In this document: positions 28,763 to 37,509 of the stretch, one piece after another
Layout of the letters: each line of letters begins with the position of its first letter
Numbering within the stretch: the first letter of the stretch is position 1
Source: an uncultured Verrucomicrobiae bacterium
GTDB lineage: Bacteria; Verrucomicrobiota; Verrucomicrobiia; Chthoniobacterales; UBA10450
Length of the DNA: 64,000 bases
Direction of reading: 5' to 3'
Assembly: GCA_963756875.1 (NCBI GenBank)
Contig: CAVWPA010000003.1
Coordinates: 1,024,001-1,088,000 of the forward strand
Program-made: the position numbers and the translations under genes
Notes under the pieces: model-generated
What the model saw: the letters and a program-made list of their open reading frames with translations, nothing else
Database searches by the model: none
Told to the model about the DNA's origin: nothing

Positions 28763-29483
28763 ATGTCTCAAGACCGCGATGCATCATCGTTTAGCCCCGC
28801 TGGAATCCTGGCGCGGTCGGACGTTTTATTGCCGAAGTTCCGCGAAGCAATAGCGGATATTCCACCGGAAGCAGGCTTCGGAGGAATCTGGGAAAGCGAG
28901 ATGTTTTTATTTTACGCTGCGGTGGAGCCGTTCGCGCCGGCAAAGATCCTGGAATCCGGCCGCGCCCGTGGCAAAAGCACGCTCATGCTGGCGCGCTCTT
29001 TCCCGGCAGCGAAGATTGTTAGCGTGGAATTTGACTCTCATTCGCCGAACGCGGCCGCGGCGGAGGAAAAACTGAAGCCTTATTCAAACGTCGAACTTTT
29101 GTATGGAGACTCCCGGCAAATTTTACCGGAACACCTGCAAAGTGGCGACGCAGTGTTGATTGACGGGCCGAAAGGTTTCCGCGCTTTGCAGCTGGCGTTG
29201 CGCCTTCTGCGTACCGGGAAACCATGCGCCGTGTTCGTGCACGATTTTCCGCCGCACGCCTTGTGGCGAGAATTCGTCGAACGCCACTGGCCGAATGCCT
29301 TTTTTGGCGATGACCCGCTGTTCCAGCCGTTCCGCGTCCTGGACGAAGAGCGAGATCCAAGGAGAAACGGAACTCGTGGCGAGTACCGGCATTTTCGCTA
29401 GTTTGCCTCCGCGCCTGCCCGCGCCCTACTGGCAGCTGAAGTTGCAGCTCTTTCTCACGCGCACGTTTCAACGCGCAATTTGA
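28763..29483 (+). CDS. Class I SAM-dependent methyltransferase-like protein; probable +1 frameshift near 29387 extends the C-terminus to 29483
   Basis: ILESGRARGKST, IVSVE, GDS, LIDGPKG, VHD. Removing one C in gagtaccggc gives GEYGIFASLPPRLPAPYWQL... to the TGA at 29483. Confidence 0.72.
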
Positions 29484-29516
29484 CCGGGAGCGAGTAGGCG
29501 GTGTTGGAAGACATGC

Positions 29517-29591
29517 TGTAGCCACCGGCCTGTGGCCGGTTTTTCCGTCAGATCGCGCGAGCAGAGGACGGCCCACAGGGCCGTGGCTACA
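29517..29591. repeat. GTAG-type REP doublet (TGTAGCCAC family)
   Basis: tgtagccac...gtggctaca; sister of 18107-18177. Confidence 0.85.
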
Positions 29592-29638
29592 ACGTGTGCT
29601 CCCTCCATCCTGTTTTTTCCAAAGAGCTGGACGAGCTT

Positions 29639-30118
29639 CTACAAGATCTGATCATCGGTCGCAATCGCGTCCATTACGACGTCGTGCGTCTCGCTTGGGA
29701 CCGCATCCAGCAATTGAAATGAAAAGCAAATGCCGAGTTTGAATGCGCTCGCGGCAGGGCCGGACAAGAGGCGATCGATGAACCCGCCGCCGCGGCCGAG
29801 CCGGTGGCGATCCTTCGAAAACGCCAGTCCCGGGGCGAGAATCAGGTCGATCTTCTCGGGAAGATGCAGCCCGTTCTTCGGGTTTTGCGGAATCAGGATC
29901 TCGGGAATTTTTCGGGCGTCGCAATCCAGTTTCAGCAAGGCGACGATCGGCTCGCTGGGAAGCGGCGAAAAGAGGATCACGCTTTCCGCCTCCTGCCATT
30001 GTCTCATCAGCAGGATGCGATTGCAGATTTCCTCGGACAAAGATTCCCGCTCCTCCGCGGTAAGACCGCGCAAGCGTTGCATCATCTTTTCGCGAAGCGC
30101 CGCTTTTTCTTGAATCAT
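29639..30118 (-). CDS. 5-formyltetrahydrofolate cyclo-ligase
   Basis: KAALRE, DLILAPGLAF, RLGRGGGFIDR, VPSETHDVVMD. Confidence 0.9.
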   Translation of the reverse strand: MIQEKAALREKMMQRLRGLTAEERESLSEEICNRILLMRQWQEAESVILFSPLPSEPIVALLKLDCDARKIPEILIPQNPKNGLHLPEKIDLILAPGLAFSKDRHRLGRGGGFIDRLLSGPAASAFKLGICFSFQLLDAVPSETHDVVMDAIATDDQIL

Positions 30119-30132
30119 GCCAAAGCAGTTCG

Positions 30133-30492
30133 TCAGGTTTGTTTAGCGATGAGTCCGAGCACGATCAAGACAATGGTGCACCCGACGGTAGCAAAGGAAA
30201 AAACCGCTCCCAAAATGGCGAACAGTTTTATCCGCTCTCGTTGGAAGAGACCGGCAATGCCGAGGCCGAGCGCGACGATGTCCACCAGAATGAGCGCGAT
30301 AATCCCGAGACCGGTGATGATGGCGGCAGCCGATTTTTCGTCCAATCCGCCAGGCGTGGATGCCTCGAGGATCCCCGCGATGACAAAGACGACAAAAATT
30401 GCGATCGCGGCGACGATACTGATAACAAAAGAGGTAATTCCGATGCCGGAATGCTTTTGTGACGGCTGAACTGGCGGTGGTTGTTCTTCCAC
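30133..30492 (-). CDS. Small three-TM membrane protein
   Basis: GTG at 30492 preceded by AGGAG; KHSGIGITSFVISI, three hydrophobic segments. Confidence 0.75.
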   Translation of the reverse strand: MEEQPPPVQPSQKHSGIGITSFVISIVAAIAIFVVFVIAGILEASTPGGLDEKSAAAIITGLGIIALILVDIVALGLGIAGLFQRERIKLFAILGAVFSFATVGCTIVLIVLGLIAKQT

Positions 30493-30645
30493 TCGTGCTC
30501 TCCTTGGATCTCGGGGAACTATATTCAACCGGCGCGCCGGTGGGCAAGCATCCTTGTCCGGAAGGCCGTGCGCCGGCTGCCGGGGAACGCGAAAGTTGGC
30601 CGTCGCCGATTGATTCGCGGGCGTTCGCTCATATCGTTGCGCGAA

Positions 30646-31596
30646 GTGCCGATTCCTTTTTCAAGAAAAAGCCGGCGGAATGTGGTCCGCCAGGCGACGC
30701 GCGATGGCGCAAAAAAATCGACGAGGGTCAGTTTGCGCCCGGGTAGCGATTGGCGAAAACGCAATTTCCTGACGAGCGTTCTCATCCCGTCGCTTTTCGT
30801 TAAGCGTTCCGGTGAATATGCGCCTCCGCAATTTCCGAAAATTCTTCCCGGACAGATCTGCATCACCTGGATTGGTCACGCCTCCTTCCTGCTTCAAACG
30901 CACGAAGTCAACGTTCTGATCGACCCGAATTGGGCGAAATGGCTAAAGGTAATCAAGCGTCTCAAGCAGCCCGGGTTCGAAATTCATCATTTACCCGCGA
31001 TCGACTTCGTTCTCGTCACGCATGCGCATTTCGACCATCTTGATCGGCGGACTCTGCGCCGTGTTGCCGCCGACCAGCCGATCGTCGTTCCCATTGGAGT
31101 CGGAAATCTGGTACACGACCTCGGGTTCCAAATCGTGCACGAGCTCGACTACTGGCAGAAGGTGAAACTTGGACCGATCGAAGTTGCATTGACGCCTTGC
31201 TACCATTGGGGTGCGCGGTTTTTGGCGGATCTGCATCGGGGTTTTGGCGGGTTCGTCACCACCGCTGATGGGCGCACAATCTTTCACTGCGGCGACAGTG
31301 CATTCTTCCCCGGTTTCAGGGAGATCGGGGAACATTACGACATCGACGTTGCGCTGCTTCCCATCGGCGCCTATGACGCGCCAACCGGAAGGGAAGTCCA
31401 CATGAACCCGGAGGAGGCACTGAGAGCATTTATTGAGCTGCGCGCAAAGACGCTGGTGCCGATGCATTATGGGACCTTCCGGCTCGGTTATGAGCCGCTC
31501 CACGAACCGTTGGAAAGATTGCTTGTCGCCGCGCGCGCTCATGGCGTCGAAGACAAGGTTCTGGTCATGACCGAAGGAAAGCCGGTCGTTTTATGA
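30646..31596 (+). CDS. MBL-fold metallo-hydrolase (NAPE-PLD/RomA-like); start uncertain
   Basis: ITWIGHASFL, LIDP, THAHFDHLD, FHCGDS, LPIGAY, HMNPEEA, PMHYGTF. Confidence 0.88.
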   Translation: MPIPFSRKSRRNVVRQATRDGAKKSTRVSLRPGSDWRKRNFLTSVLIPSLFVKRSGEYAPPQFPKILPGQICITWIGHASFLLQTHEVNVLIDPNWAKWLKVIKRLKQPGFEIHHLPAIDFVLVTHAHFDHLDRRTLRRVAADQPIVVPIGVGNLVHDLGFQIVHELDYWQKVKLGPIEVALTPCYHWGARFLADLHRGFGGFVTTADGRTIFHCGDSAFFPGFREIGEHYDIDVALLPIGAYDAPTGREVHMNPEEALRAFIELRAKTLVPMHYGTFRLGYEPLHEPLERLLVAARAHGVEDKVLVMTEGKPVVL

Positions 31597-31602
31597 AGCA
31601 GA

Positions 31603-31711
31603 AAACGCCGAACGCCCAACGCCCAACGCAGAACGTCGAATTCAGACGGGACCGTCTGCGTGCCATTTCTGATTTCGGCGTTGGACGTTGGGTGTTGGGC
31701 GTTCGGCGTTT
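31603..31711. repeat. Long palindrome of 7-mer units (AACGCCC/GGGCGTT family)
   Basis: aaacgccgaacgcccaac ... gttgggcgttcggcgttt. Confidence 0.8.
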
Positions 31712-31721
31712 GCTTTGCTAA

Positions 31722-34052
31722 ATGTCCGGACCGCGCTCCACGCGTTCGGAATTATTCGGCGCAATCGTAGCCGGGCTGACCGTCATTTTCTTCTGCATCA
31801 TTCTTCTCTGGCACAATCCGCTTCTTTTCTGGAACGACGATTACGAAGTGTCGATTTTGCCGGTGTTCGCCGATGTCGCGCGCAGTTGGAGTCATGGCCA
31901 TCTTCCGCTGCTGAGTCCCTATTCCTGGGTCTGCAATAATCTGGCCGGCGAATTTCAGTACGGAACATTTTCGATCTTTGTAAACGCGGCCGTCGTTCTG
32001 ATCTGGAAGTTTCCACTGACGTTTTCCCAGCAAGCCGCCGCACTTTCCATGGCACACCTTTTTGTGCTCGCAGCCGGCGCTTTCCTCCTCGCTCGGGGTC
32101 GGCTGCGCGACAACGCGAACTTCGAAGCGCCCTCACCCCAACCCTCTCCCTCAGGGAGAGGAGGACGACGAAGTCGCCTGGTGAGGGAACTTGCAAGCGA
32201 CTCCTTTGCATTGTCGGTCTTCGTTGCGCTGGTCGCTGCGTTGAATGGTTGGATCATCTGCTGGGGGGCGACGGATTGGTTTGGCGCCCTCGGTGCTTTC
32301 GCCTGGTTGCCGTGGGCGTGGTGGGGGCTGGAGCGGGCTCTGGCTACCGGCAGGGATGCTGCGTTGCCAATTCATAAGCGGCTTATGATCGGAGCGCTTT
32401 GGCCGGCGCCGTTCGTCTATCTGGTCGTCACCGGAGGGTTTCCATACACCGTTCTGATGCTGGCACTCCTGATCGTTTGGTTATCGATCGAATCGTTAGG
32501 CCAGACACGAAGTTTTCTGTCCATTTTGCCGATGCTTTTGGGTGTGACGCTTGCCGTCGCGCTTTCCGCGCCGGCCTGGTTGGCGCTTTTTGATTACCTC
32601 CATGGCTCGGCGCGGACGATGCAGACGAGTTCAATGCATTTTCAATGGCTCGTTCCACCGGCTGCGCTGCCTGGATTGATCTTGCCCTGCTGGACTGTGA
32701 AATGGGCCGATTTTTACACGCATTATCTTCCGCATACAGGAACGGAACTGGCCTGCGGGCTCGTCGCGCCGGCGGCTCTCATTGCGGGACTGCTCAGTCG
32801 CGGACGCGCGCCTGTTAGGCGACTCAAGTGGGATCTCGTTCTGCTCGTCGTCACGCTTTTACTCTCGATGGTCCCAACCATCAGCGTCTTCCGCTGGAGT
32901 TTTCGCTGGCTGCCGTTTTTTTATTTGGTTCTCGCCTTGTGCGCGGCGGAAGCGCTGCAAGGTGGCATCGGCTTCCAACCGATGTTCACTGGCAAGATGC
33001 CCGTGATCCGGGCAGGCCTGGTCGCTCTAATTCTAGTCGCTGCTTCTGCGATCACGATGTTGATCTTCCACGTTGGCGGGGCTTACGCATTCCCGCTCAT
33101 ATGGATTTTCCTGACGATCGCCGGGATCTGGATGCTGGCCGAATTTCTTTTGCCTAACGAATCGCTGCGCGCATGGCTGCCCGCTGGCGTTACCTTTGCC
33201 GTGTTCCTGACCACCTATCTCTGCATTCCGACCAATCCCGGCGTGCCGAGGTACAATTTCAGCCAGGAACTGCTCAAAGCCGCACCGCTCGATCCGCAAC
33301 GTCTTTACCTGAGCATTTATCCGCCGCCGGAAACGAGTTATCGCGTTGAAGCGGATCCGGGGCCGGTTGGGCAGATCGTTCGACCGGGAAGCACGTCAAT
33401 GTGGAGCAAAGTTCATTTGATTAACGGCTACAGCCCGATCTCAGCGGCGGGGATCGCCTGCGAATTCAAGTTTGCAACGCACGGCGAAATCGATCCGAGC
33501 GTCGCGGAATCTCTGCTCGACGAGGAAGCAGGCCGCGATGGACTGCTGGCGCGTCTCGGAGTTGATGGAATTATCGTCGCGGGAGCAATGGATATGGCGC
33601 CGTCGCCGGAGATCCAGTGGCAGCTTGCATTTGTATCCAATAAAGGACGCGTTTATCACCGGGTCGGTGCGCCTTTTGCCCGCGTTCGATCTGTGTCGTC
33701 AATTGATACCCGACCTAACGAGCAATTTGCAACAGCCGCGATCTCACATATCGACGAGTCGCGAAATTGCGTTGCGGCAGATGTGGATGTGCCGGGCGGC
33801 GGTTCGCCTGCGCTTCTGACTTTTTCGCGTCCGTACTTTCCGGGTTACCAGGCGCGGTTGGGAAATCGAAGCCTTCGTGTTGCGTCGTATCGCGGTTTGT
33901 TCCCCACGGTTGAGGCGCCCGCTGGATCGCATGGCCGGCTGGTGCTGGCTTATCGGCCATGGTGGTTGATCTACGGAGGCGCCGTTGCAATAGTTAGCGT
34001 CGCGGTCTGGATTTTCGGCATTGCGACCGTGCTTCGAAATTTGCGGCGGTAA
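31722..34052 (+). CDS. Polytopic membrane protein, YfhO/GT-C-like glycosyltransferase candidate, with in-frame repeat insertions
   Basis: N-terminal TM then WNDDY and PLLSPYSW; many TM helices; FRWSFRWLP; C-terminal RPYFPGYQA...G(R)LVLAYRP plus a final TM, as in YfhO-like proteins. Confidence 0.65.
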   Translation: MSGPRSTRSELFGAIVAGLTVIFFCIILLWHNPLLFWNDDYEVSILPVFADVARSWSHGHLPLLSPYSWVCNNLAGEFQYGTFSIFVNAAVVLIWKFPLTFSQQAAALSMAHLFVLAAGAFLLARGRLRDNANFEAPSPQPSPSGRGGRRSRLVRELASDSFALSVFVALVAALNGWIICWGATDWFGALGAFAWLPWAWWGLERALATGRDAALPIHKRLMIGALWPAPFVYLVVTGGFPYTVLMLALLIVWLSIESLGQTRSFLSILPMLLGVTLAVALSAPAWLALFDYLHGSARTMQTSSMHFQWLVPPAALPGLILPCWTVKWADFYTHYLPHTGTELACGLVAPAALIAGLLSRGRAPVRRLKWDLVLLVVTLLLSMVPTISVFRWSFRWLPFFYLVLALCAAEALQGGIGFQPMFTGKMPVIRAGLVALILVAASAITMLIFHVGGAYAFPLIWIFLTIAGIWMLAEFLLPNESLRAWLPAGVTFAVFLTTYLCIPTNPGVPRYNFSQELLKAAPLDPQRLYLSIYPPPETSYRVEADPGPVGQIVRPGSTSMWSKVHLINGYSPISAAGIACEFKFATHGEIDPSVAESLLDEEAGRDGLLARLGVDGIIVAGAMDMAPSPEIQWQLAFVSNKGRVYHRVGAPFARVRSVSSIDTRPNEQFATAAISHIDESRNCVAADVDVPGGGSPALLTFSRPYFPGYQARLGNRSLRVASYRGLFPTVEAPAGSHGRLVLAYRPWWLIYGGAVAIVSVAVWIFGIATVLRNLRR

Positions 34053-34203
34053 ACACAACTCGACGGTTTGTTGCATCGCGGCGCGAGTCTTTTTTGCTCA
34101 ACAGCAGCGACGCGGACGCTCTGCGGCCACGGTGGCGGTTTGTAGCAAAAGAAATGGTTCCTCGATCACGAGAAAAGCCATGTTTGAAAATAAACGGCGG
34201 TTG

Positions 34204-35475
34204 CTACCGTTTCCGACGCAACTCGGATTCCGGTGCTTCAAGGGCCGCCGCGGAAAAATAAAATCCGCCGAGACCGACGGAGTGGACCAACACCCGTGCG
34301 ACATCAACGTCGAGCGGCTCCCGGATAATGCGCAGGGGACCGCACGCAGGATCGAGGCGATCGCAATTAAGCGTCGGAGGAACCTGGCCGCGCGCAATTG
34401 TTAGGCAGGCCGCCGTTATTTGAAGAGCGGATGATCCAGCGCCATGTTGCCCAAGCGCGCCCTTGGTTGAATGGATTGGCAATTTTGCCAGTCGAGTTCC
34501 GAATGTTGCTGCCAGCGCCATCCCCTCGAGCCGATCGTAATTGCGTGAAGCGGATCCGTTAGCGTTAAATACCTGCACGTCGTTTGGGGACCATCCTGCG
34601 TTCTTTATGGCGCTTCTGAAAGCCCGGACACATGGCCGCATATCGAGAGCTGGCCGCGTTGCATGATAACGGCGGCGGCCTGAAGATTGAACTGCTGTTC
34701 CTGCGATCGTCGCGTAAGCGCGCGCGCGACGTTTTCGTGCGTGCGATTCGGACTCAACAATAAACGCCGCTGCGCCTTCGCCAATAACATTGCCATCGCG
34801 ATTGATGTCGAACGGCCGCGAGGCTGCCTCCGGCCGATCGTTCCATCTCGTGGCCAGCGATGCTGAGGCGTTGAGCAGAGCGAGAATTTCAGGCGTAAGC
34901 TCGCAGTCAGTCCCGACTACAAGCGCTGCGTCCAATGTGCCAGCTTGAATGGTTTGTGCCGCGAGACCAAGCGCATCCATTCCGGAATTGCATCCGGTGG
35001 AAGTCGTGTGCACTGGTCCCTGCAAGTCAAACTGCGATGACACAACGCAGGCCACGGAATGATTGAATGCGTGAAACGCCCCCGAAGGAGTGAGCGGCCT
35101 GCGGGCCTGCCAGCGATCGCGCAGTTCAAAGCAATATTCCAATTGACCAACAGACGTGCCGACAAACACGCCGATACGTTGTCGATCGGCTGAGCGAAGC
35201 TCGAATGCCGCATCTTCGATCGCCAGGGCGGCGGCGCCGAGCGCCAGTACCACCGGTCGCGGCGACGTTCGTGTAATTGCGCGCCCACCTTCCACGTAGC
35301 GCTCGAGGCGGAAATCTCGCACCTCGGCGCCGATCTTGGAATCCGACCGGCTCACGTCGCATCGTGTGATTGGGCCGATTCCTGATCGACCACGTAGAAG
35401 CGCCTTCCAGAACTCATCGACGCCATGGCCGATCGCGCTAACCGGGCCGATGCCAGTGATGAGCGCCTTTGTCAT
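34204..35475 (-). CDS. Atypical FabF-like beta-ketoacyl synthase with both catalytic His substituted
   Basis: ALITGIG, STGCNSG (Cys retained), ASRPFD, GEGAAA; NANGSAS replaces NAHATST; STKGALGQHG replaces STKSMTGHLL; PPTLN. Confidence 0.85.
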   Translation of the reverse strand: MTKALITGIGPVSAIGHGVDEFWKALLRGRSGIGPITRCDVSRSDSKIGAEVRDFRLERYVEGGRAITRTSPRPVVLALGAAALAIEDAAFELRSADRQRIGVFVGTSVGQLEYCFELRDRWQARRPLTPSGAFHAFNHSVACVVSSQFDLQGPVHTTSTGCNSGMDALGLAAQTIQAGTLDAALVVGTDCELTPEILALLNASASLATRWNDRPEAASRPFDINRDGNVIGEGAAAFIVESESHARKRRARAYATIAGTAVQSSGRRRYHATRPALDMRPCVRAFRSAIKNAGWSPNDVQVFNANGSASRNYDRLEGMALAATFGTRLAKLPIHSTKGALGQHGAGSSALQITAACLTIARGQVPPTLNCDRLDPACGPLRIIREPLDVDVARVLVHSVGLGGFYFSAAALEAPESELRRKR

Positions 35476-35490
35476 CGAGGCGCGAGCGGC

Positions 35491-36042
35491 TCAATTGTAT
35501 CGGCCAAACAGCCAATTGCCCGCGGCATTCTCGTCGTTGCTAAAGTAGAACTCTTTAACACGCTCCAGCGCTTCCTGCTTCGAGATGCGACCATTTCCAG
35601 TCACGTCCAATTTTTCGAACGCCTCGTTTACTGCCGCCTGGTCGCGAATGCCGTAGGCGTCGAGGAAATCTCTAAAGTCATCGTGGGAAAGATGTTCGTC
35701 GTGATTGCGATCGAATGCCTCGAACAAAAGATCGACTGTGCCAACCGTGATCTGCTCGTACATGTCCGGCGCGCTTAACATCTGTGTGTGAAACTCCAGG
35801 AACTCGTCAAGGCTAACCTGTCCGTCGTTATTAACATCGGCCAGCGCCTTGAGATTGCCCCAAATCGTCAGATAGAGACTCTCAATTGCCGAATACTCCT
35901 TTGATCCGGCTTTCCATCCGTGGATTCGGGCGACGTTGGACACGACGGCAGTGTAATCGTTGCGCTCAAGTTGATTGTTGTGGTCCGAGTCCAGCACGGT
36001 GAACAGCCGGCCCAGCTTCTTCTTCTGAAAATCGGTGAGCAT
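35491..36042 (-). CDS. Four-EF-hand calcium-binding protein (calerythrin/SCP/calexcitin-like)
   Basis: Loops DSDHNNQLERND, DVNNDGQVSLDE, DRNHDEHLSHDD, DVTGNGRISKQE; C-terminal EFYFSND...GNWLFG. Confidence 0.9.
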   Translation of the reverse strand: MLTDFQKKKLGRLFTVLDSDHNNQLERNDYTAVVSNVARIHGWKAGSKEYSAIESLYLTIWGNLKALADVNNDGQVSLDEFLEFHTQMLSAPDMYEQITVGTVDLLFEAFDRNHDEHLSHDDFRDFLDAYGIRDQAAVNEAFEKLDVTGNGRISKQEALERVKEFYFSNDENAAGNWLFGRYN

Positions 36043-36185
36043 TAACGACTCTCTGTCGGCTGGGTCGCCACTGTCAAGAACGTAAGCAGCCTGCGATCCG
36101 CCCCTTTAAAGCCGCGGTGGCGGAAACATTAATAAATTTTACCGCCGTCGACAGCGGTAACTACAACTTCGTCATTCGCAACTAT

Positions 36186-37389
36186 CTAATAAACGTCGCG
36201 CTTGTAACGCTTCTCGCTCTTTAGTTGCTCGACGTAGGCGTTCGCCTCTTCGACGCTCTTGCCGCCCTGGTCCTGTATGATTTTTCGCAGCGCAGCGTCC
36301 ACATCTTTCGCCATGCGTTTGCGCGTCGCCACAGACTAAAAACTGCGCGCCCTCGCTATCGATCCATTTCCAGATTTCGGGCTCGTGCTCCAGCATTTTG
36401 TGCTGGACGTAAATTTTATGGGCCTGATCGCGCGACCAGGCGCAATCGAGTCGCGTGAGAACGCCGTCGCTCTGGAACTGCGCCAAGTCCTCCCTGTAGG
36501 CATAGTCGGATTTCTCGTGTTGCGCTCCGAAGAAGAGCCAGTTTTTTCCCTTGGCGCCGCGCGCCTGTCGCTCCTGCAGAAACGCGCGGAACGGCGCCAC
36601 GCCTGTCCCCGGTCCAACCATGATGATGGGAGTATCCGGATTTTCCGGCAGATGAAAATGTTTGGCGACGCTGGGATAAACCGGCACCGGAACGTTGTCC
36701 GCGCGTTCGGAAAGGAACGTCGAGCAGACGCCATTGCGAATCCGGCCGCGACTTTCGTAACGGACCACGTCCACGATAAAATGCACCCGGTTGGGATAAA
36801 CGCGCAGGCTGGACGCAACCGAATAAAGACGTGGCTGCAGTTTCGTGAGCAGATCGACGAATTCCTGCGGCGTGAATTTTACGGACGGATGTTCGATTAA
36901 GAAATCAATCACTTCCATGCCCCAGAGGTATGTATTCAGGTCCTGCTTGCGTTTCGGATCGAGCAGTCCCTTAAGCAGTGGCGCAGCGGAGGCCCGATCG
37001 ACGATCGCTCTCAAAAACTTGGGCGTGGGTTGTGTAATGGAACAGTCGCGTGAGAGCGCCTCACGGAAAGGTGTTTGAATTTTCGCCGCCGACACCATTT
37101 CATCGCCTTTTGCCCCAAGGGCGCGAATGATTTCTTCAACCAACTGGGGATCGTTCGTCGGATAAACTGCCAGCGAGTCACCCGGCTCGAAGCTTAATCC
37201 CCAGGCGGTGAGATCGATCTCCAGATGGCGCGTGTCCTTTTCGGACTCGGGGCCGCTCATGCGTCGATTAACGACGAGTTTGCCGGGAAACGGATTTTTC
37301 CGCGTGTACGGCGTCGTGGGCTTGGATGGTTTCGGTCCTGTAGCGGCCGCCGTCTCGGGCGGCAGAACGTTGTCTGTAACTTCCGGCAT
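36186..37389 (-). CDS. CysJ-like FAD/NADPH-binding flavoprotein lacking the flavodoxin domain; +1 frameshift near 36321
   Basis: YTRKNPF, PRLYSVASS, GVCSTFL, MVGPGTGVAPFRAF, WLFFG, SRDQ, KIYVQ. Removing one base in gacgcgcaaa restores CGDAKRMAKDV...KRYKRDVY-TAG. Confidence 0.88.
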
Positions 37390-37509
37390 GTAAATTGGTA
37401 GCGGCGATCTGCGATCGTCGCAAATACTTGCTTCGTGGCATCGGCATCTTGCCGATCTTTAAGCATCGCTCTCGCCGCAGCGGGCAGGCTGTGGAGCGAT
37501 CGGTCCACC

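Noticed and set aside
34204..35475. Type II PKS biosynthetic gene cluster
   Set aside because: No ACP, chain-length factor, cyclase or tailoring genes adjacent.
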